From: Candidatus Kaiserbacteria bacterium
GTDB lineage: Bacteria > Patescibacteriota > Minisyncoccia > Phycocordibacterales > Phycocordibacteraceae
Length of the DNA: 25,829 bases
Reading direction: 5' to 3'
Assembly (NCBI GenBank): GCA_023267775.1
Contig: JAHFMQ010000001.1
Location: 1 to 25,829 of the forward strand
Shown here: positions 9,129 to 16,444 of the stretch, one piece after another
Position numbering within the stretch: position 1 is the stretch's first letter
Layout of the letters: each line of letters starts with the position of its first letter
The notes under the pieces: model-generated
Databases searched by the model: none
The model's input: only the letters and a program-made list of their open reading frames with translations
What the model was told of the DNA's origin: nothing
Position numbers and translations under genes: made by a program

Positions 9129-10570
9129 ACACTGTCGTCACTCGTTTTGCTCCGTCCCCGACTGGATTCATGCATGTAGGGGGAGTGCGTACGGCTCTGT
9201 ACTCGTGGCTTTTCGCGAAGAAGCACAAAGGCCGATTTATTCTGCGCATCGAGGACACCGATAAAGAACGAGAAGTTCAAGGCTCTATTCCGCACATCAT
9301 CGAGTCTCTTTCCTGGCTCGGTATAGCGTGGGATGAAGGGATAGATCGAGGAGGTCCTCATGCTCCTTATATACAGTCGGAACGTCTTGGTCTCTATCGT
9401 TCTTACGCGCAAAAATTAATTTCATTAGGCCATGCTTATGCGGATCCCTATTCTGAAGATGAACTCGGAGCGCTCCGCGCCAAAGCAGAAGGGGAGAAGC
9501 GGCCATTTCTTTTTCGTGATCATCGACCGGAAAATCCTGAACCCTGGGATGGAACAAAGCCGTTGCGCTTTCGAGCGCCAGCCATTAAGCGCTACGAGTG
9601 GAACGATCTTGTCCGCGGCAACCTCTCTGCTGGTGAAGAAGCTGTCGATGATTTTATCTTAATCAAGAGTGACGGGTATCCGACCTATAACTTTGCACAC
9701 GTAGTCGATGACATCGAAATGCAAGTCACTCATGTCATGCGCGGTGAGGAATTTATTTCTTCAACGCCAAAATTTCTTTCGCTCTATGAGGCTCTTGGAG
9801 CAACACCACCAGCTTTTGCCACTCTACCAGTTATTCTCGCCCCAGGTGGACATAAAAAGCTTGGTAAGCGTGACGGCGCAAAAGATATTTTAGATTATCG
9901 TACGGAAGGATATCTGCCTGAAGCGATGGTAAATTTTCTTGCACTTTTGGGATGGAATCCGGGTACTGAACAAGAATTTTTTTCGGTACCAGAACTCATT
10001 GAAGCTTTTGATGTAGATCGCATCCAAGTGTCCGGCGCTGGTTTTGACGAAACAAAATTAAAATCGATGAACCAATACTGGATGAGGAAACTTTCAACTG
10101 ATGACTTTATACAACGCGGTTCTCTTGAAGCGTCTGATGCCAGAAAACTTAAATTGGCAGTGCCGCTTCTCAAGGATCGCGCACAAACATTCATGGAAGC
10201 TCGTACCATGCTTACCCAAGAACTCTCCTGCTTATTTGAAACTCCATCTCTCACTAGGGATCTTATACTTGCAAAAGAGCTTCCAGGACGTTCAGATACC
10301 GCAAAAGAGGCACTCGCAGGCCTTTCTGAGCTCATACGTTCGCTTCCGCAAGGCGAACTGACCGCAGATACCGTAAAGATAGCTCTCATGCCGCTAGCGG
10401 ACGCAGAGGAGGCAAAAGGGAAGGGCGGGCGTGGTGCGGTTCTCTGGCCGCTGCGATATGCGCTATCAGGACAGGAGCGTTCACCTGATCCGTTTACACT
10501 TATTTCAATCCTCGGTCCAGAAGAATCAGTTTCGCGGATACAGAATGCTATTGGTATACTCGAAGGATGA
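9125..10570 (+). CDS. gltX: Glutamate--tRNA ligase
   Basis: RFAPSPTGFMHVGG, LRIEDTD, DGYPTYNFA.VVDD, RGEEF, KLGKR, LLGW motifs; ATGA overlap with murG. Confidence 0.96.
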   Translation: MNTVVTRFAPSPTGFMHVGGVRTALYSWLFAKKHKGRFILRIEDTDKEREVQGSIPHIIESLSWLGIAWDEGIDRGGPHAPYIQSERLGLYRSYAQKLISLGHAYADPYSEDELGALRAKAEGEKRPFLFRDHRPENPEPWDGTKPLRFRAPAIKRYEWNDLVRGNLSAGEEAVDDFILIKSDGYPTYNFAHVVDDIEMQVTHVMRGEEFISSTPKFLSLYEALGATPPAFATLPVILAPGGHKKLGKRDGAKDILDYRTEGYLPEAMVNFLALLGWNPGTEQEFFSVPELIEAFDVDRIQVSGAGFDETKLKSMNQYWMRKLSTDDFIQRGSLEASDARKLKLAVPLLKDRAQTFMEARTMLTQELSCLFETPSLTRDLILAKELPGRSDTAKEALAGLSELIRSLPQGELTADTVKIALMPLADAEEAKGKGGRGAVLWPLRYALSGQERSPDPFTLISILGPEESVSRIQNAIGILEG

Positions 10571-11913
10571 TACGTATCGGGCTTTTCCTTTTTTCACTCA
10601 CGCTTCTGACATTTTCCGTCGTCACGACTCCACGACACACATTTGCGGATGCCGCATCGGATATCCAATCGCAAATAGACGCAAACAAACAGCAGCTCTC
10701 ATCACTTGAGGCAGAGATAGCAGCTTTTCAAAAACAACTTGATGACCTTGGTAAGAAAAAGAACACGCTCCAGTCGACCATTAGTTCGCTGACTCTATCG
10801 CAACAACAACTTACAATTCAAATAAAAGTTACTCAAAATAAAATTGCCTCAGCAAATTTACAAATAAAAGAATTATCTCTTTCTATTGGTGATAAAGAAG
10901 CATCAATAGCTTCCGACCAAGACGCCCTATCGAAGGCGCTACGTAGCGTTGCAGAGGACGAGGGAGTTTCATTGGTTACGCAGCTCATTTCTTCAAATTC
11001 TTTAGGCGATGCTTGGCAGCAGGTTGACCACACCATTTTATTTAATCGAGCGCTTTCTGAAAACATAAACCGCCTGCGCGCCGTGCGCGAAGAGCTTGCA
11101 ACAAATCGTGATCAAGTCACGGCGACTAAAGCAACGCTCGTGGCGCTTCAAAAAGATTTGACACTTCAGAAACGCTCAGTCGATGCAGGGAAAACAGCTC
11201 AGCAACAGTTGCTTCTAGACACAAAAAATCAAGAGACGAATTACCAGAAGTTGATCATGCAGAAACAAGCCGCTGAGAAATCCTTTGAGCAGCAGCTTGC
11301 TAATTTACAAGGGCAATTAAATCTCATCGTGCATCCAGGTCTTCTCCCGAAAGTTGGTTCAGGAGTGCTTTCGTGGCCGTTTAGCAGCGCGTTCATGCTT
11401 AACTGCGCGCAGCGCAATAGCCTGTTCGGCAATTTATTCTGCATCACTCAATATTTCGGCAATACGCCATTCTCGACCGCAAACCCTCAGATTTACAACA
11501 ACCACGGGCACAATGCCATTGATTTTGCTGCACCTATTGGAGCTCCAATTCATGCGGCACTTTCTGGTATTGTGCTTGGAACCGGGGATACGGACATTGT
11601 CTATGGATGTAGAAATGGTTCTTTCGGTCGTTGGGTGATGATCCAACATTTCAATGGTCTTAATACCATGTACGCACATCTTTCCGTCATTGATGTTGCG
11701 AAAGGGCAGTCCGTAAACACTGGGCAGACAATCGGTCTCTCGGGCATGACGGGATACGCCACAGGACCCCATCTGCACTTTGGCGTGTATGCGACCGAAG
11801 GTACAAAAATAATGACGCTCCGCGAAATCAGAGGAGCGAGTCGAGGTTGTGCGGATGCGGTAATGCCAGTTGCAACACTCGACGCGTATCTCAACCCACT
11901 TTCGTATCTCTGA
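10567..11913 (+). CDS. Secreted coiled-coil M23 peptidase (EnvC/NlpD-like murein hydrolase)
   Basis: N-terminal signal/TM segment, long Q/L/K-rich heptad region, C-terminal M23 domain with HNAIDF (HxxxD), YAHLS and GPHLHF (HxH). Confidence 0.88.
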   Translation: MIRIGLFLFSLTLLTFSVVTTPRHTFADAASDIQSQIDANKQQLSSLEAEIAAFQKQLDDLGKKKNTLQSTISSLTLSQQQLTIQIKVTQNKIASANLQIKELSLSIGDKEASIASDQDALSKALRSVAEDEGVSLVTQLISSNSLGDAWQQVDHTILFNRALSENINRLRAVREELATNRDQVTATKATLVALQKDLTLQKRSVDAGKTAQQQLLLDTKNQETNYQKLIMQKQAAEKSFEQQLANLQGQLNLIVHPGLLPKVGSGVLSWPFSSAFMLNCAQRNSLFGNLFCITQYFGNTPFSTANPQIYNNHGHNAIDFAAPIGAPIHAALSGIVLGTGDTDIVYGCRNGSFGRWVMIQHFNGLNTMYAHLSVIDVAKGQSVNTGQTIGLSGMTGYATGPHLHFGVYATEGTKIMTLREIRGASRGCADAVMPVATLDAYLNPLSYL

Positions 11914-11917
11914 TATA

Positions 11918-11926
11918 TGTTAAACT
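11918..11926 (+). promoter_or_regulatory. Putative extended -10 promoter for the beta-propeller gene
   Basis: TGTTAAACT 29 nt upstream of ATG 11956; a second TAGAAT lies at 11946-11951. Confidence 0.35.
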
Positions 11927-11955
11927 CAACCTCGTTGCCTTAGATTAGAATAGAC

Positions 11956-14268
11956 ATGGACACTCCTCCTCCATCCAGTAACCCACGAAAGATTCCTTTT
12001 ACGCTCGTTAGTGTGCTGTCTATTTTTGTGATAAGTATTTTCGGTATCATAGCGTATACAAGAGTCGCTGATACAAATATTTTTCCTACGAACAAAGCTT
12101 TTAAGCAACCTGAAGTTATCACTACTTATTTCCCTTCTCTCAACATTGGGGAAGTGAGACCCGACCCGACAAACAACCACTTTTTTTGGGTACTGGCGTA
12201 TAGCAGTCTCATGCAGATAAATACCGAAACTCAAGACATTGTCGATTTTGCGCAAAAGATTCGTGAGACAGGCTTCTCTGATGTAGTTCAACTGGGGGAT
12301 CGCCTGTTTTTGGGTCATCAAGGAGTGCTGGAATACAATCTTCGTACTGGAGCAAAGAAGCAGTATTCGGAAAATAATGGTTTAGCGAGTAATGACAACA
12401 TACGTATGACGGTTGATCCTTCTGATAGCGATACTCTATGGATTAGTACGTTTGCTGGTCTGAATAAGTTAACCATTTCATCAGGCCACATCGAGACGTT
12501 TCGATCAGAAATGGGCATACCGAGCACTGACCCGCAAGGAGGACTGCAACCAAAAGTAATAGGTATCGATAATAATTATTTGTGGGTTACAGTAAACACA
12601 AATGTTTCTACGACAGGAGGTGTGGCACGTCTTGATAAGAAAACTGGTATTTGGAAATCATGGGGATATACCAGCTTTGCATCTGCAGCACAAAAATCGC
12701 GCTTCGACACATTTGCAGCGGCTGCAGACGGCGAGCGAGCTATATTAGAAGAAACTGGCGCTATCGGTACTCTCTATAACTACAATTCCGTACAGGACGT
12801 GTGGCAACCAATAAAGGTTCCTCAAAAAGACCCTGCAGGTGTTAAATACCTATCGCTTAAAGGAAATCATGTTTACTATCTGTCTTATGATGATACTCCG
12901 ATAGACTTAAATATTGCTACTGGAGTCGCACACAGCCTGTCCACCATTGATTTGTCATTCGGTCAACACGCGATGTGGTTTGATCAACAACAGAACCGTA
13001 TGATTTTCTATCCTACAGACACATGGAAGAGAGATCCTCGTAACGCAATTAAAATACTATCGCTTGATGGAAGTAACTCATTGACGAGTTTCCCTTTTGT
13101 CGCATTTGAAAAAAAGTTTCGCTTGATAAATGTGGCACTCATGGATGCTCAGGTTAATCGTATCCTCCTAAAGGACGCTGACCGACTCTTAGAATATGAC
13201 GTACCGAAGAGTTCTATCCGCACACTTCTTCCATACAACGTTCAGATCGCGCAATTTCTTGACGATAAGATAGTTGCCCTCAATCTTGAACAGTGCGGCA
13301 TGGGTGGTTGTGGACCAACGACAACAGCTACCGTTTTGTCAGTTAATAGTGGCTCCATTGATTTCGATACCGAGTTTTCAAAGATTGAAGTTCCTTACTC
13401 CTATATCGATAAAGCTTCACACGGAGTGTATTTGTATGAGTCTTCTGGTGAGAGAGGTCTTATCGATTTTCACCCCACCAATATTTATAAATTAAGCATG
13501 CTGACAAAGTCATTCGAAGACGTTAGTACCACATCGGCACAAAATTTATTTCCAATTTTGAAACCATACATCACATACAGCCAGAGCCCAGATGGACTGT
13601 ATTATGTCGCCTTTAAGTTCCCCCAGATAGGGGATACTGCAACGTTTACTTTGCAGAAAGATTCTACTCCCAGTGTCCGCTCAACCCCATCCATTTCGGG
13701 ATTGCTTGTGGGCACACAACCTGTAGGCGCCTATGGATCAGTCATCTCAGGTCCGGTGCAAGCCGATAATCTCAACTGGTGGAACATCAACTACGAAAAG
13801 GGTGTCGACGGCTGGACTGATGAAAATTCTCTTGTGCAGGTAACGCCGACACCCCTGCCGATACCTACATTTTTATCCATTGACGGTTCGGAGACATTAA
13901 CATCTACTCCTACACCAACTCCTTTGCCTTCAAAAAAGTTTGTTATTAATGATAACGTCAGAACCATTAGTGAAGCTGTAGACACACTAGAATTACCAGT
14001 TGCGTCTACCACAGCTATCGATTTCTTCACACATGAACTTGATAAAAAAATAGAGGTACGCTCTTATTCGTTTGATCCTATACACTCTGGTATTGTTTGG
14101 ATCGGAACTAATCGTGGACTTATTCGGCTAGATATAACGACGCACGAACATCGTCTATATACAACCGACGACGGTCTTCCAGACAATGACATTCTCAGTG
14201 CCATATCTACCGGAACTTTTGTCGCCGTGCAACATTCAAACGGCGTGTATGTGTATAATTTCCAGTAA
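11956..14268 (+). CDS. Membrane-anchored beta-propeller protein with an inserted SH3b-like domain and Pro/Thr linker
   Basis: N-terminal TM helix; Reg_prop-like blades (NGLASNDNI..DP..LWISTFAGL; VWIGTNRGL..YTTDDGLPDNDI); SH3b-like VRSTPS..GPVQADNLNWWNINYEKGVDGW..ENSL at about 13675-13836. Confidence 0.75.
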   Translation: MDTPPPSSNPRKIPFTLVSVLSIFVISIFGIIAYTRVADTNIFPTNKAFKQPEVITTYFPSLNIGEVRPDPTNNHFFWVLAYSSLMQINTETQDIVDFAQKIRETGFSDVVQLGDRLFLGHQGVLEYNLRTGAKKQYSENNGLASNDNIRMTVDPSDSDTLWISTFAGLNKLTISSGHIETFRSEMGIPSTDPQGGLQPKVIGIDNNYLWVTVNTNVSTTGGVARLDKKTGIWKSWGYTSFASAAQKSRFDTFAAAADGERAILEETGAIGTLYNYNSVQDVWQPIKVPQKDPAGVKYLSLKGNHVYYLSYDDTPIDLNIATGVAHSLSTIDLSFGQHAMWFDQQQNRMIFYPTDTWKRDPRNAIKILSLDGSNSLTSFPFVAFEKKFRLINVALMDAQVNRILLKDADRLLEYDVPKSSIRTLLPYNVQIAQFLDDKIVALNLEQCGMGGCGPTTTATVLSVNSGSIDFDTEFSKIEVPYSYIDKASHGVYLYESSGERGLIDFHPTNIYKLSMLTKSFEDVSTTSAQNLFPILKPYITYSQSPDGLYYVAFKFPQIGDTATFTLQKDSTPSVRSTPSISGLLVGTQPVGAYGSVISGPVQADNLNWWNINYEKGVDGWTDENSLVQVTPTPLPIPTFLSIDGSETLTSTPTPTPLPSKKFVINDNVRTISEAVDTLELPVASTTAIDFFTHELDKKIEVRSYSFDPIHSGIVWIGTNRGLIRLDITTHEHRLYTTDDGLPDNDILSAISTGTFVAVQHSNGVYVYNFQ

Positions 14269-14272
14269 AACA

Positions 14273-14461
14273 AGCCGCCTGTCCCATCCCCGCAGCAGAG
14301 CTGACAGGGCATTGGGCAGGCGGCTACCGTGGTGTTTTGCTAGACAAAGTGCGCTCCACCGAGCGCACGGCCGCAACCCGCGTATGCCGCACAAAGCCGC
14401 GGCGCGGGAATTGCGGGGCGGCGATTCATCCCCGCTCCAAAGGGGCGGGGCATTCTCGCCG
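14273..14461. ncRNA. GC-rich multi-helix non-coding element (candidate structured RNA or miniature IS200/IS605-derived element)
   Basis: Four helical domains: 14273-84/14314-25; 14349-56/14361-68 (perfect GTGCGCTC/GAGCGCAC); 14371-82/14403-16; 14419-14461. It fills the gap between convergent genes. Confidence 0.5.
14419..14461. mobile_element. IS200/IS605-family-like terminal imperfect palindrome, with no transposase nearby
   Basis: CGGCGA-TTCAT-CCCCGCTCC-AAA-GGGGCGGGG-CATTC-TCGCCG resembles, from memory, the subterminal hairpins of IS200/IS605 ends (GCGATTCATCCC...GGG..TTCTCGC). Confidence 0.5.
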
Positions 14462-14481
14462 TCCGCTAGTAAATATGAAGC

Positions 14482-15108
14482 CTAGCAAGCTTTCGTATCT
14501 CTAGTGCGCCACAGGAGAAGGGAAGCGTACGTACGGTACGGTGACCATTTTTCTGCAATGGCGAGTAGGGAAGTACGTGGAGTATTTTTCGGTAATTTAT
14601 AAATCATTTCAATCGCACGAATGAGACCAAGATCACCTATAGAGAAAACATCTTCGCGACCAAGAGAATGCATCATAAACATTTCTACTGACCACGGGCC
14701 AAGTCCCCATATAGCAAGAAGTTTTTCTGCGGCATCTGTCTCAGAAAGTTTTCTTAATGATAAGAGGTTAAGTTCCTTGTCCTTGACAGAAAATGAGATT
14801 GATTTCAATGTCTTTGTTTTGGCACCTGAAAGACCTGCTGTGCGAAATTTAGCTTCGTGAGTCTTTAGAACCGATTCTGGTGTCAGTCGATTACCACACA
14901 CTTTCTTCACCCGAGCAAAAATGGTATCCGCAGCGGCCGTGCCAAGCTGCTGCGAAATAACAATTGCGATTAATGATTCAAACAATGCATTGCGTGTCCG
15001 CTTTTTTGAAAGTTGCAAAGGGAGGGAAGTGTGGTGTTCTATTGTTGTCTTGTAGAAATGCGGGTCTACAAGCTTAAAATGCCTAAGAGCTCTAGCTTTT
15101 CTCGTCAT
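14482..15108 (-). CDS. DNA-3-methyladenine glycosylase II family (AlkA/Mag-like HhH-GPD), short form
   Basis: IISQQLG, AGLSGAK, HhH GLGPWSVEMF, GDLGL (catalytic Asp), WSPYRTYASLLLW. Confidence 0.88.
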   Translation of the reverse strand: MTRKARALRHFKLVDPHFYKTTIEHHTSLPLQLSKKRTRNALFESLIAIVISQQLGTAAADTIFARVKKVCGNRLTPESVLKTHEAKFRTAGLSGAKTKTLKSISFSVKDKELNLLSLRKLSETDAAEKLLAIWGLGPWSVEMFMMHSLGREDVFSIGDLGLIRAIEMIYKLPKNTPRTSLLAIAEKWSPYRTYASLLLWRTRDTKAC

Positions 15109-15114
15109 GCCGAG

Positions 15115-15123
15115 ATACTACCA
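15115..15123 (-). promoter_or_regulatory. Putative extended -10 promoter of the AlkA-like gene
   Basis: Minus strand TGGTAGTAT 6 nt upstream of ATG 15108, flanked by inverted repeat GCCGA (15109-13) / TCGGC (15124-28). Confidence 0.45.
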
Positions 15124-15155
15124 TCGGCTTACCACTGTTGTATAATGCGAACACC

Positions 15156-15335
15156 ATGTACGCGGTCTTCAAGGCCTTCTTCTGGATCTTCGTTCTCTTC
15201 CTCGCGCTGTCGTTCTTCGGCATCTCCGTCCAATCCATTGTTAGTTCTCCGGCTGGTCAGGAGAACTTTGGGTACCTCATCAATCTCCTCTCTCAAGGTT
15301 GGCGATTTGTAACGAGCTTTGTGCAGCATGTTTAA
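15156..15335 (+). CDS. Small membrane protein (59 aa)
   Basis: Hydrophobic N-terminal helix (VFKAFFWIFVLFLALSFFGI) and amphipathic C-terminus. TATAAT at 15141-15146, 9 nt upstream, favours ATG 15156 over TTG 15138. Confidence 0.7.
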   Translation: MYAVFKAFFWIFVLFLALSFFGISVQSIVSSPAGQENFGYLINLLSQGWRFVTSFVQHV

Positions 15336-15446
15336 TGTCATTATCATCCGACGTCTCTAACTTGCTCTGGCTTATGCGCAAAAGATATATTGTGCGAAGT
15401 ATAACTAGAACAGGGTTAAGTTAGTATCTCGATCGCCCGATTGAAA

Positions 15447-15560
15447 TTATTTTTTGGTCGCGAGAATAATGACTTGCAGTAGACTTATGATCGTACTCAC
15501 AAATCCCGTTAGGAATGCATACGTCTCAAGATTTTCTTTCCAGTTCTTTCTCTTCCTCAT
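15447..15560 (-). CDS. Small single-pass membrane protein (37 aa; alternative start 15644)
   Basis: MRKRKNWKENLETYAFLTGFVSTIISLLQVIILATKK has a basic N-terminus and one TM helix; TGGTATCGT lies 7 nt upstream on the minus strand (15568-15576). Confidence 0.55.
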   Translation of the reverse strand: MRKRKNWKENLETYAFLTGFVSTIISLLQVIILATKK

Positions 15561-15646
15561 AGGAGATACGATACCACGCTGTTTACTTCCCTTTTTAATG
15601 AATGCTGTGCTTAAAAGGCGTTTTTGACTGTAATCAAGTGCCATAA

Positions 15647-16420
15647 TTAACAGTCAACATTAGAAGTAATGTACTCGTAAGCTTCGTCGACAGAATCAGC
15701 AAGCATGTAGAGCTTTGTATCTTTTTCGTCGATAGCTTTCCGCTCCTCATACAGTGTTTTCTGAATAAACGAAAGCAATGGTTCCCAATAACTTTTCCCA
15801 TACAGAATAATCGGGACGGAACGGATTTTTTTTGTTTGCACAAGCGTAACTATTTCAAAAAATTCATCCAAAGTACCGAACCCCCCAGGAAAATAAACAT
15901 ACGCCTCGGACGCAAAGGTCAACATGACTTTTCGTACAAAAAAGTGATCGAATCCGAATCGCTCCGTTAAATACGGGTTGTAGTGCTGGACCTGCGGCAA
16001 ATTGATATTGAGCCCAACCGAAGCGCCCCCGACTTCAAAGGCGCCTTTATTTGCCGCTTGCATAATACCCGTGCTTCCACCGGTAATAACCGCGAAACCT
16101 TTCTTTGAAAGCCTCCGCGCGAGCTCTTCAGCGTCTTTATAAGATTTATCGTCGAGCGAGGCGCGCGCGCTGCCAAAAAACGACACAGCGAGACCATATC
16201 GCCGAATAATATCGAATCCTTCGATGAATTCGGACATTATTTTAAATATGCGCCACGATTCTATTTTCTGCGGTCGACAAACAAGGAGTGGCCGTTCATT
16301 TGGCATCGTTCGCTGACCCTCATGGACGGCTTTTGCAAGTCGTTCTGCGGTAGTTTCAACAGATTGTTCGCTCGGTTGTGAGCGTATGAAAGGCGTAGCA
16401 CCTGTCAAATCATCGTTCAT
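15647..16420 (-). CDS. LOG family protein (TIGR00730-like Rossmann-fold nucleotide phosphoribohydrolase; alternative start 16435)
   Basis: VSFFGSAR, VITGG..GIMQAANKGA, SVGLNI.LP, FFVRKVM, PGGFGTLDEFFE. The -10 box TGGTATCAT (16434-16442, minus) overlaps ATG 16435, favouring ATG 16420. Confidence 0.9.
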   Translation of the reverse strand: MNDDLTGATPFIRSQPSEQSVETTAERLAKAVHEGQRTMPNERPLLVCRPQKIESWRIFKIMSEFIEGFDIIRRYGLAVSFFGSARASLDDKSYKDAEELARRLSKKGFAVITGGSTGIMQAANKGAFEVGGASVGLNINLPQVQHYNPYLTERFGFDHFFVRKVMLTFASEAYVYFPGGFGTLDEFFEIVTLVQTKKIRSVPIILYGKSYWEPLLSFIQKTLYEERKAIDEKDTKLYMLADSVDEAYEYITSNVDC

Positions 16421-16444
16421 AGGTTTTTCTTTCATGATACCAGA

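Noticed and set aside
14186-14485. 99-aa plus-strand ORF crossing the structured element (possible TnpB/TnpA remnant)
   Set aside because: It overlaps the propeller gene out of frame. No RuvC, zinc-finger or HUH motifs appear in the plus frames I translated, and the peptide is best explained as read-through of GC-rich hairpins.
15372-15424. Tiny ORF MRKRYIVRSITRTGLS in the convergent spacer
   Set aside because: It is only 16 codons, has no SD or correctly spaced -10 box, and its MRKR similarity to the neighbouring microprotein is probably coincidental.
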